Assembly (NCBI GenBank): GCA_013239625.1
Contig: MU054187.1
Location: forward strand, 3,979,757 to 4,043,756
Length of the DNA: 64,000 bases
Direction: 5' to 3'
Source: Lama guanicoe
Lineage: Eukaryota
Below, piece after piece: positions 39,570-50,455 of the stretch. The translations under genes and the position numbers were made by a program. How positions within the stretch are numbered: the stretch's first letter is position 1; every line of letters begins with the position of its first letter. The notes beneath the pieces are model-generated. The model saw only the letters and a program-made list of their open reading frames with translations, made no database searches and was not told the origin of the DNA.

Positions 39570-40545
39570 TACAAAAAAAAAATCCTTGCTGGAATTTTGA
39601 AAAGAATGACACTAAACCGATAGATCAACGTGAGGAGAATTCACGGCTTTACTCCACTGAGCCTTCCTTTTCATGAGCATGATGTGTCTCTTCGTTTGTT
39701 TAGATCTTATTTGATTTCTTTCATCAGTTTTGTGGTTTTCATCATACAGAACATGCGTCCTATACACGTTTTATCAGATTTCCTTTTCTTTGTGTGATTG
39801 TAAATGGTGGTGTGTTTTCATTTTGGTTTCCACATGTTCATTGTTGTATATAGAAATGCAGCTGATTTTTGTGTGTCGATCTTACATCTTGCAAACTTGT
39901 TAAACTCACTTGTCAGCTCTGGAAGTGTGTTTTTTAAAATGTAGATTCCTTGGAATTTTCTACACAGACAACCTTGCCATGGGTAAATAGAGGTCGTTTT
40001 ATTTCTTCCACTGCACTTTATTTTTCTTGCCTTACTCTACGACTAGAACTTCCAGTATTATTTCGAGTAAGAGTGGTGAAAACAGACAACCTTGCTTTTT
40101 TCCAATTAGCTGTAGGGTTTTGTAGCTGTTTTTTATCAAGTGCCCTTTATTCCTTTATCACCAAGAGTTTTTGTCATTAATGAAAATTGGATTTTTGTCA
40201 AATGCTTTTTCTTCGTCAAGTGATATGATCACATGATTTTTCTGCTTTAGCTTGCTTTATGGTGCATTACGTTGGTTGATTCCTAAATGTTGAATCAGCC
40301 TTGTATAAAACCCCGCTTTGTCGTGTTGTACAATTCTTCTATGCACGGCTGGATTTACTAAGGATTTTGCATCTAAGTTCATGAGAAATAGGGGTCTGTA
40401 GTTTTCTTTTTGTGTGTGCTCTTTGTCAAGTTTTGGTAGCAGGTTAGTAAATCCTAGCCTCTAAAACGAATTGGGGAGTATTTCTTCCTTTTCTATTTCT
40501 TCTATTCTATCTGTAAGAGACGTTGTAAATTCGGTGTGAGTTCTT
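39570..40545 (-). mobile_element. L1M ORF2 fragment
   Basis: cttgctggaattttga, gtagattccttggaattttctac, atttttgtcaaatgctttttc, ggattttgcatctaagttcatgag. Confidence 0.85.
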
Positions 40546-40549
40546 CATG

Positions 40550-41305
40550 GGGCTGCCAGCTAGCCATGTCTGAGGCTGCCTTTTTCAGTCTCCTTGGTGA
40601 TGGGTGGATGCGGAGGCTTAACTTGGCACCATGCCTTGCTACGCCAGGGGTGGGGTACGGAGGGGCACTGACGGACCGTGACTTGCAGGAATCCAGTCTA
40701 GTTGATGCTGGGTGGGAGTGGAGCCTCAGCGGCATCTGGACCCTGGTGGGGGATTCAGCATTCTGTCCGTTTCCTCTGGGCAGGCGATGGGAGGCCAGTG
40801 GTGTGCTTCCGTGCAGACACCACCAAGCAGGCATCAGAGCACTCAGCTCACAGCTGGCGCTGAGTGGGATGAAGCGGGGGTTAGGAGCTGGCCCGGAGAC
40901 CAACTTCCCACTGGCTTGGCCCCCCTGAAACCCGGGGATGTGGTTTCCTTCATCAGTACGTGGCTGGAGGCCAGTGGAGACCGTCTGAAAGGCTTTCTGC
41001 CGCCCAGCCGCACCTTTGCGGGGCCGCTGGCTGCCAGGGAAGCGGGCTTTCTCGGGGGGTTTGTACCCGCGCCTGTTGCAGGTTTCGGCAGCATCTGTGG
41101 AGGATACATGGGAGGCAGGAAGGAAACCCAGAGAAGACACTGCCGTGCTTTTCCTCAAGTCCTGAGGTCCCCAGGCATCCTGCCTTCTCCCAACTGCTCA
41201 CAGCTCCCCTACGCTGGCTGTGGGGTTCTGTCCAGGGGGTTTCGGTTGAGGGAGAACCTGAGGGGACTCGGGGCTACTCCGTCATAGCAGGACTGGAAGT
41301 TCTCC
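40550..41305 (-). mobile_element. L1M4/L1MC-type 5' UTR
   Basis: Ends aaacccagagaagacactgccgtg...aagtcctgaggtccc...ctgtccaggggg...ctactccgtcatagcaggactggaagt, resembling the antisense 5' terminus of L1MC/L1M4. This explains the GC-rich ORFs here. Confidence 0.65.
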
Positions 41306-41310
41306 AAGAC

Positions 41311-41705
41311 TTTTTTAAAAACGACTTTATTTTTTAGAGCAGTTTTAGGTTCACAATAAAATTAAGGAGAAGATAGAGAGATTTCCCACATAGCCTTTTT
41401 CACTACACATGCATAGGCCCCCACTGCATCGTCGACATCCCCAATCAGGTGGTTCAGTTTTTGCAATCCATGAACCTATATTGACACTTCATAATCGTCC
41501 AAAGTGAGTGCTTTTCATTAGAGTTCACGCCTGGTGCTGCGCATTCCGAGTCTGGACAAGTGTACCATCATGCATGTATCCATCACTGCAGTCTCACGCA
41601 GACTAGTGTCACTGCCCTAAAACGCCTCTGTGTTCTGTCTGTTCATCCCTCCCTTCCCCTCAGCTCCCAAAGACCTTTTTCCTGTCTCCCTAGTTTTGCC
41701 GTTAC
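41311..41705 (-). mobile_element. L1MC1/2-like 3' end
   Basis: gactttattttttagagcagttttaggttcaca...atgaacctatattgacac...tcactgccctaaaa...ctgtctccctagttttgcc. Confidence 0.85.
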
Positions 41706-42977
41706 TAGTCGCCAAGACGTGTAAAGATGCCAATCTGAGGACTCAAGGAGCACAGCAAAACTGATACAAAAGAAGTGGGTGACTTATCCCAAAGGCCAGT
41801 AGCATCATGGGAAACAGCCGCGGGCCTCCATCCTCATCTGTGAAGCAGCAGCCCATGGGCAGGACCTCCCTCCACGTGGCCTCAGGCTCTTTCTTCTGCT
41901 GAGTGACTCAAATGCCTAGTCTTTGGTTTAATGCCCTCCCCCCTTTTTTAAATCTCAGAAGACTTGAGTCAGTTAACCAACTCGCTTCAAATATTTAGCG
42001 CTCCAAATCCCTTGAAATGAGACGCTTAATGTCAAAAGTGAACTCACAGCTGGCTCCCTCTGAGGAAGGAAGTTTTCAAGGAAAAAGGAGGAGATGTGAG
42101 GGAGCGGCGGTCGACGTGCTGTTCTTCAGGTGGGTCCGGGGGCGTGCTAGGCCCTCCTGTTGTGCAAGCTCTGCATCATTCCACACGCAGAGTTCCTGCG
42201 ATGCGGCTGCGTCCTTGCATGCCGCGGGGGTCCGTGCTGGGGGAGGCAGGACGTGGGAGCCTCTGTGGCTGGGAGTTGTCACAAAGCTCCCTGCAGGAGC
42301 CAGTTCAGGGCGGCCTGCACACAGGCACCCCAAGTCTGCAGGGTGGCTTTGCTTCTCTGCCTTGTGCAAGCTCCCTTTCATAACCAGCCTCTGGAAGGGA
42401 GGTCTTCTCCCCAGGGATCCAATCTTAGACGTCTTCTAAAGCTGGGGATTTGAGACTGACTGTCAGTTTGCTATGTTCTGAGTTGGTAAGTTTAACAGGC
42501 TTTGACACCTGGGACCTTCAGCCCTGTTTTATTGCTGTGTTGCTTCCTGTTTTAAAAATGATAGATTGGTTTCAAGACAACATGGATCAAGTCAGTCCCT
42601 GGTTTCATCTCACATACATTTTCCATGAGCTTACTGGGGGGCTGGCTCTGCCGGAGCAGGGGAAGTTGATGCGACGATACTGTGAAAGAGGAGGGGGAGC
42701 CCGTGTGCCACCAGCTCGCCCACAGCCTGTGCCCTTAATGTGCGGCTATTTCAAGAAAAGAAGAAAGAGTCGACTCCTGTCTACTGAGTGACTTCCCTTC
42801 TGAAGTATGAGCAATGGAGGAGTGGCCTCCGGAACGTCTGAGTGTCCTGACGGTGGTGGCCCACCATGGGTAGACATTTCTGAGATGCTCTAGGGGGTGG
42901 GGAGTGGGAGAGGATCTTCATTATCATTCCATCATTTAGCATCCTGGTTTTTTCAGTTGGAAATTACTTTTAGGAGA

Positions 42978-43935
42978 TCTGTTAGTTTCCTATTACTGCC
43001 ATAACAAGTGAGCACAAACTTTGCAGCTTAAAACAGCGCACATTTATTATCTTAGGGCTGTGAACTTCAGAAGTCCAAGCTGAGGCTCGCTGGGCTAAAG
43101 TCAGGGGATCAGCAGGGCTGTGTCTCTTTAAGAAGGCTCTAGAGGGGAGCCCATTTCCTTGTTGCTGTGGGTTGAACTGTGTCCACCTCTCCCTCCACCC
43201 TCCATGAAAAAAAATGGTTTGTCGGAGTGCTGATTACCAGTTCCTCAGAATGTGACTTTATTTGGGAATAGAATGTTAGCAGTCGAGAATCAAGTTTAGA
43301 TGAGGTCATTGGATGGGCCCTAGTCCAATATGACTGTGTCCTTATAAAAAGGAAATCTGGATAGAGACACACACACGGAGAATGCCGGGTGAAGCCTGGG
43401 GTGACGCTGCCACAAGCCGGGGAGCCATCAGAAACTGGGGGAGAGGCTGGGACAGACCCTTCTCTGGCCCCTTCGGAGGCAGCACGGCCCTGCCTGCTCC
43501 TTTATCTCAGACCTCCAGCCTCCAGAGCTGTGAGGCAAGACATTTCTGTTGTTTAAGCCATGATTTTTGTGGTGCTTTGTCCCGGCAGCCCTGGCAAATG
43601 CAGCGTTTCTCTTTTCGGGCTGGAGAGACCCCGCACACGATCTTTGGGTTGGGCCCCTTCTCTGTCTTCAAAGCCAGAAACGTTGCATCTCTCTGGTCCT
43701 TCATCTATAGTCACATCTCCCTCTGCCCACAGCCAGGAAAGGCTCCCCAGTTTTAAGGCATCATGTGATTACTGGGGTCCACCTGGGGAATCCAAATAAC
43801 CTCCCGATCTCAAGGTCCTCTACTTAATCCCAGTTGCAAAGACCGCTTTTGCTATGTAAGTGCCAGATTCGGAGGTTCCAGGCACTGGGTCACGGGCGTC
43901 CTTGCAGGGGGTGGGGCGCTGTTCTGCTGACCGCA
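42978..43935 (-). mobile_element. MLT1C/D-like LTR, split by a nested LTR
   Basis: gttagtttcctattactgccataacaa...cttaaaacagcgcacatttattatctt...ggctctagagggga; resumes ~43603 with ttcaaagccag...tcacatctccctct...atctcaaggtcc...ttctgctgaccgca. Confidence 0.82.
43163..43602 (+). mobile_element. MLT1B-like LTR nested in opposite orientation
   Basis: tgctgtgggttgaactgtgtcc...cctcagaatgtgactttatttgggaatag...ccagcctccagagctgtgag...tttctgttgtttaagcca...gcagccctggcaaatgca. Confidence 0.85.
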
Positions 43936-44004
43936 GAAGACTGCCAGCTCCTCAAGAGTCACAGTGAGATGGACTGGAACCTCCTGCTTGGTGGGAGCTT
44001 GCTG

Positions 44005-44200
44005 AGAGGGGAGGGCGCGCGCTCGGGGAGAGGGCGGCAGGGTGTGGGCTGAGGCAGGAGGCGCCGGCAGGCGCGGCCGGGGGAAGGCAGGCCCGGCTCG
44101 GCGGGCGGACTGCGCGGGGCCCCGGGAGGCTGCAGGGCGCGCTCGGCGTGGGGCCGGGGCCCAGTCCCGGCTCTGCCGGGAGCGGCTGTGTGACTCTGAG
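44005..44200. promoter_or_regulatory. Small CpG-rich island with GC boxes (possible promoter or enhancer)
   Basis: Very GC-rich and CpG-dense (gggcgcgcgctcgggg, ggcgccggcaggcgcggccggggg, ggcgggcggactgcgcgggg), with GGGCGG boxes; unlike its flanks. Confidence 0.6.
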
Positions 44201-44295
44201 GCCGTCACTTATCCTCTCTGCGCCTCAGTGTTCTAGTTTGTAATAGAAGATCATCTCCTTCCCAGAGCTGTAGCAAGAAGCCAGTGAGATCAGAA
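44150..44295 (+). mobile_element. MIR SINE
   Basis: cccagtcccggctctgcc...gctgtgtgactctg...gtcacttatcctctctgcgcctcagtgtt...tgtaa is the MIR core. Confidence 0.75.
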
Positions 44296-45992
44296 GAAGC
44301 GGACTTCTCTGCGGTGCGTCTGTGTGGCAGGCAGGGTGCGGGTCAAGTTCAGTGAACGGTAAAGCCCTCCAGCGGGGATGGTGCGTGGCCCCCTGATCTC
44401 CAGGGGAAGTGGCAGTGCCAACGGAGAGGTGCTTAGAAGGATGCGGACCTCTTCTCTTCAGCATTTTGCTGTGGACCAGCCACGGCACTGAGACCCATTC
44501 TGTGGAAGAAGGAAGGAGAAAGGGGATTACACCCCGAACACCCAGCCCACCCGGTCGGGGCCACGCCCTGTGGGAACGCCCTGCCCGTATTTTCACATCC
44601 ACTCCTCACACCAGCCCTCTGCTCTGCTTGTCCCTACCCGTTTACGAGTGAGGAGCCAAGGTGTGAAGCAGTGAGTGGCAGCACTGGGTTCCCACCCCGC
44701 CCGTCGGGCTCCTGAACCTGCCACCTCAGCACACGGATCCCCCAGGACACCCTCCCCACCTCAAGGGTGGAAGCGGAGTTAGAGGCAAAGGATCTGAAGA
44801 ACCATCTTGTCCACTAAACACTGACTGTGACCTCATTTCATTGGAGCCAGAGGTGTGTTCACTGCAAGTCTCATTATTGGGTCTTAAGTGCTTTAAAGAT
44901 AGAATGTAATCCCATATCAGTGACAAATTCTCATCTTCACTATTTCCACAGTGTTCCTATGAGTTTAGAGGGCTCTATCTTTTTTTAGGCAGACAAATCT
45001 CCCTGCAACAATAAGAACACTTTCTGAAACGTTTGCTGAAACCAAAACGATTTGCAAGGATAACGTGGATAGTCTGATGAACGCTTTTTTTCAATCCCCG
45101 TTCCTTTCATAATTAAAAGGAAAATGTGAAGCTCAGGCAAGGCAGTGGAAAGGCACCTAATGAAAATTCTACTGGATCAATTTCATTTTCTTGGTCTGTT
45201 GCAAAACAATGTATTAAATGTAGGTGCAAACAGTACATCTTCCAGGTGATACTGTTGTATCTTGTCTTCCTTGAAAATTAAGGTGATTATGATCTGGACA
45301 GCCTTGGAACCTGAGCCATTTAATAACCTTTACAAAGGCTTATTCAGTGTAGCTGAGACACGTTATTCTCAGTTGCATATTTTTCATGCATTATTCTGGT
45401 CTGTGAGTGTTTTGGGGTGTCTCCAGTGAACAATTTCTTCTTAACTGCTCTGGCTACATCTATCTGTGCTCTGGACACCAGCCCCAACAGCCTCTGCCTC
45501 CTGTCCCCGCTTCATTCCCGCCTCCTCCCTCTCCCCACATATGCACCCCTGCCTCTCCCCTCTGAGGCCACTTCCGAATGCAGGGTGCCTTAATTCAGTC
45601 TCTCTCTTTCTAGAGTGTGCCCTCCAGGGGCAAACCCCGGGGTCACTCATTCTGGAGGGACTCTTCTTAAAAAAGATTATGTCGCCTCCAAAGATTGAGA
45701 AGAATTAAGATAAGCTGTATTTCTTTGTCCTTCGTTTTACAAGTCTTCACTATTCATCACTCAGATATAGTTTGATAGCGCTATGTCTTTATAAAATCAA
45801 GCTAGTTACATTATAGAAACTCTGTATCTAGTGTACTTCCCATAATTCCTTCAGAACCTACTGAACCGTTTGATTTTTATCATAACGGTGGCTAAGAAAC
45901 CTAGACAGATGCCAAGAAGATCAATCAATGCCCAAACCATGAAACCCAAGACCCTAGACCCATTTCCATTCTGGAAAACGATTATTATTAAA

Positions 45993-46021
45993 ACACACAC
46001 ACACACGCACACACACACACA
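45993..46021. repeat. (CA)n microsatellite
   Basis: acacacacacacacgcacacacacacac. Confidence 0.9.
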
Positions 46022-47221
46022 AAAGAAAGTTATTCAGCACCGATACCTTGCGTGATCCTCCTCCGAGGCACCATTGCTAAACTTCTCAACGAAGGGACAG
46101 TAACTCCCTGTCATGGCCCAAGACAAAGGGGCATCACTTAATTACTGCATATGCCCCCTGTTCAGTACTTTTCCCACTGTACCTTGTAAATGAGATCAGA
46201 ATCTGAGCCATAGGTGTTGTTGTTGGTTTTGGAGAAGGATAAGGATTTTGATAATGATACAAAGTTTATAAAACAATGTTGAACTCAAATGGATTTTTCT
46301 GATAATTACCCAACATATGATGTAAACTGCAGAGCTAACAGCTTACTCGGGGTGGGAGGAGGGGAAGCACGAATCTCAAAAGGTAGAAGAGAAGTTGGTT
46401 TTATGTGCAAATGAGAGAACCCTCCAGAGACTATCACTGGAGTGATGAGGCTAGGTTCTTTGTAATTTAACTTTTAATATTGTTTAAGAAAATAATTTAA
46501 GCAACTTTATACTCTCATTTTGTGGAGACTCCGATCTTTTACAAACCCAAGGATATGTCAGAATTGAAGTCTTAAAAAAAAAAATGTCCTCTGTCAGCAG
46601 GAGACAACGCCAGTTTTAAAATATATAAATAAGAGAGAAAGAGATAACTGGGAAAAATTGGATTCTGGCAGTTTTTCATTATTTGCCTTCACACTGCTTG
46701 TGCTTTTCTCAAATTATCTCTGCGCCCTTGTTTTCCTTTGTGGTGTCAGATGGGCTGGGAGCACCCTGGCGTCTGCTGGCTTCCCCCGAGTCCCCCTCCA
46801 GACACGTTCCCTGGCCTCTGAGATAATGAGTATCTTCTTCTTCCACCTGGCTTCCATGCAGAAATGAACCTATTCTGCACCCCTACGTGGTTTCTTGCCC
46901 ATTTTCCAAATTGCAAAGAATAAGAAAACTCATCTAGGCCCTCCTGACTCTGGTTTTCCTCCTAAGTGTTCGTCTACGTGAAAATGAGATGGTTTGCTTT
47001 TTTTTCCAAAAAGATTTGGTGAAAGCATGTTTTTCATAAAATTTGCCATAATTTCCAAAGAATGTGATAGAATTCTTAAAAATGCATAACTGTCTCACTG
47101 AGGGAAATATGGTACAGAACAAAGGATTTTACAAAGTTTTGGCAGGAAGGGCATTTCTACAGCATCTAAAGCAGTGCTTTGCACATAAGACCCTGACATC
47201 TGAGCAAGTTCAGTCTGTGGC

Positions 47222-47326
47222 TCTGGGGTGTTGAGATGCTGGGGGCCTCGTGGCGCTGGGGTGTCATGATGCTGGGGGGTGTTGTGGCGCTGTGGGTATT
47301 GAGACGCTGGGGTGTCGTGGTGCTGG
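47222..47326. repeat. Degenerate GC-rich minisatellite (~16-19 bp unit, ~6 copies)
   Basis: Repeated gctggggtgtcgtggc / gctggggtgttgagat variants. Confidence 0.75.
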
Positions 47327-47724
47327 CTGCAGCAACACCGAGCCTCTGGGAACAGTCATAACTACATCAAGAGAAAGTGCTTGTGAATCTTACCAAGAGT
47401 AGCAATATCATATATTTAGTGTAAATCACTTTAGTGGATTTTTACATACATTTGCTAGTTTCACTTTCAGTTGTTATCTCCTCAAAGGCGCATCGCTGGA
47501 TGCTGGTGAGGCAGCGGTGGTCCCCATGCCTAGCGCAGGTCAGGCCCTTCATGAAGCACTTCAGTGCAGGGGCTCTTCGCCCAGAAAGCCCCCCAGGAGG
47601 GAGGCACTGGTGTCCCCTCAGCCTGCAGAAAGGAAAGAGCTCGGTGCCGTGGTCCTGCCTCACCTGAGGTCACACAGGTGGCTGGTGCCCATTTCTGTCC
47701 ACTTTTGTTTTTTCGTTCCCCAGG

Positions 47725-48470
47725 GATGTGGAGATCAAAGCTTGGGCATCGATTCAGAAAAACCTGAATTTGAACCTTTGTGTCACAGCTGCCGAACTCT
47801 ATGGTCCTGAGCAAGTTAGGCAAATTCTCCGAACTTCAGTTGTCTGTAAAATTGGAGACAAGATTACCCCCCACCCATCTTTTTGTGAAGTCTAAGTAAA
47901 CTTTTATTGTTCTTTGCATAAATAAGTAAGTAAATAAAACAAAGTTCTCTGCACAGCCCCTTAGACAGAGTAGTAGCTAATGTTCATGGAGCGCTTGCTG
48001 GGCGCTTTGTAAGATCGTCTCATATTTTAATCTTCATAATCACCCCAGGAGGCATTTCTGTTGTTGCTCTCAGTTTACAGGTAGGGCCAGCATCGCCCAG
48101 ATGGGAGCACTGAGACCCCGAGGGGAAGCGGCTTGTTCACACAGCCCCTGCACGGAAGAGGTCAGGTGTGAGTCCTGCCGTGCTCGGTGCCCGTGTGTGC
48201 GCCCCGCACGCCACCCCGCCGCCCTTCTGCAGGTCTGCGTGCGGCTGGGTCTGCTGGCCTCGCCTGACTTTGACTCAGGAGCTGCCTGGCCACGGGCAGG
48301 GTCCTTAGACCAGCTGACGCTCCGAGCACACCTCTGGGAACAGTGGAAAATGATAAAGCCCGTCTCGTGAGTTAACTGCAGTGACGCACACGAACTGCTT
48401 CACACAGCGCCCTGCTCACTGTCCACTCTCAGCACGAGCTAGACAAGCAGTGGGACTGCCAGCGACGAAC
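47725..48470. mobile_element. Cluster of three MIR fragments (+,-,+)
   Basis: cctgaatttgaacc...ctgagcaagttag...tctgtaaaattggaga (+); atggagcgcttgctgggc...ttaatcttcataatcacc...cagtttacagg (-); GC-rich MIR-like text at 48250-48470 (+). Confidence 0.6.
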
Positions 48471-48580
48471 GCCGATAAAAGGCAGTAAAGGGGACCGCGA
48501 TTACCGCTCTACATCTCAGACTGGAGACACGCTTTTCTGGGTAGCCCGGCGCTGCATGGAAAAACTGGGAAACAATTAAG

Positions 48581-48683
48581 TTTTTAGGTTTACTTATTTA
48601 TTTTTTGATGGAGTTACCGGGGGTTGAACCCAGGACCTCGTGCATGCTGAGCACACGCTCTACCCCCGAGCTGTACCCTCCCC
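48581..48683 (-). mobile_element. Vic-1-like camelid tRNA-derived SINE
   Basis: Reverse complement GGGGAGGGTACAGCTCGGGGGTAGAGCGTGTGCTCAGCATGCACGAGGTCCTGGGTTCAACCCCCGG...AAAAAATAAATAAGTAAACCT has A-box and B-box remnants and an A-rich tail; it matches the remembered camelid Vic-1 SINE. Confidence 0.88.
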
Positions 48684-50065
48684 TCCCCCATCGACATAAT
48701 GAGTGTTCGCATCAAAAGTTAACATATGTATCTTGAACTCTTAATTTTACTCAAAATGATTTTAAGATATTTTATATTAATGTATATAAGGAAAACACAA
48801 TATGCATGTACACTCTTAAAATAGTGAAATAATAAAGAAATACATGGAGTAAATGGTGACAGTCCCCTTCAGCCCCCTTCTCCTCCATTCCCTTCCCCAG
48901 AGATAAGTGCTGTTCATCAGGGGCGAGGTGATTAAGCACAGTTCTGGGAAAAATAGAACCCTATTCTTTATAGTTGTAAATTTTTTTTCTGCAAGATAAC
49001 TTTACAAATGATTGCTCAAGTGTAGCTAGCTAATTTTTCCAGACACCGTGACATTCAGCCTCCTAGTGAGTTGAAGGAACAGCAGAAGCAGTTAGAGATT
49101 TCATTTTTCTCAAGGATGTACAAAAAAGTCACATTAGAGTTTCTGGTTAGGGAGTAATTCCACTAGTGTTCAGGAAAGCCTCTCCACAATTTAAACTTAG
49201 TCAGTCTTGCTTCAAATGAAATTCCTTTCAAAATTACTCAAGTTAGGACACGTCTGTATACGAGGGCAAAGCGTCAGGACAAAATCAGCGGTAATCAAGG
49301 CTGAAGCTCTGCGTCCCTGTGCGGAAGTCGTCCCTGACCTCCACGCAGTCCCGTGCAGACTGGAGCTGGTCGGGGCGGCACCGGGGGCAAAAGGCAGAGT
49401 AAGCATGGTGGGCGTCAGAAGTGGGGAGAGACAGAGGTAAGGATGGAGTCTTCTGCCCCCGTCACCTCTTTTTCTTTCCCTTCCCTAGTGAGAAGGGACT
49501 CTTTGGGATACAGAATACAGAAGCAGGGCTTCGTTGGCAACTTAAGCACTGGAGGTGTGCTGTGAGAGGCAGGCAGCACTGGCAGCAGAAAGGCTCGCTT
49601 GCGTTTTGGATGTGCCATGCTGCAGACCGTAAAGGGCGTGCTGAGAATCAAGGCCGTCTTTCTTCATGCGTCCAGCTCTGCGGCCAGCACTCCTGGAGGA
49701 CTGTCAGGAGCCCTGTCGGGCCGGAGCTGAGACTGGGGAAGAGGGCAGAGGGACAGGAGAGGGAAACACATGTAGGTGAAAAGGGGAGGAGATGGAGAGC
49801 CAAGGGACCACCTGGGTCATGGAGGCGTCCCGGGACTGGGAGGGAAGCCTCCTGTCCCTCCTTTGGACTGGGAGTGCGCAAGGTCAGCTGGTCTGCTCTT
49901 GGCAGCGGCCCCGCCTGTGCGACCCCGCAGACATCACCGTGGAAGATACATACCTTGTCCAGTCACGCCTCCAGCAGGCAAGACTCCCTGTGGTTAACCT
50001 TTAAACCGATGCGAAGGACAAGGGATCCCTGTAAATGATAAGATGCAGTCATTCTCACCAGGAGG

Positions 50066-50455
50066 TGTGGTAGAAAGTTTTGGAAATATTAAAGAAACAG
50101 GCAAATCTACGGCCTTCTGGACAAACTGTGGGTCTAATGATGGTCTGTGCTGAACAAGACCCTCGATTCTCCAGGACAAGGAACCATGTTTGAGACGCAT
50201 CTGGGGGTTTGGATATTGGGAGTGTTGCCAACATTCACTTAATGACAACAGAAGTGGCTCAATATGAGCCACTGAGCTGTTTACACAACAGCATGGTTTA
50301 TGCTGTGCGCCCGCGTTCCTTCTGGGAGCCTGGAGTTGGGTGTATTCTGGGCGGGGGGTACCTGTGAGGCCAGCCCCTGATAAGAACCCTTGGCCTGCGT
50401 CTCTGATGAGCTTCCCCGGTTTCACACACGCCATCACACCTCATTTCTGATCGCA
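50066..50455 (+). mobile_element. MER68/MER77-like ERVL LTR fragment
   Basis: gcatctgggggtttggatattgggag...agtggctca...tggtttatgctg...ttccttctgggagcctggag...gccagcccctgataagaaccc...gtctctgatgagcttccc resembles the remembered MER68 consensus. Confidence 0.75.

Noticed and set aside
40502..41337. Overlapping GC-rich ORFs up to 218 aa
   Set aside because: They lie in an old L1 5' UTR, are open on both strands because of high GC, and show no recognisable domain.
48608..48683. tRNA gene
   Set aside because: The tRNA-like head has a degenerate A-box, no closing acceptor stem and an A-rich SINE tail; it is a tRNA-derived SINE.
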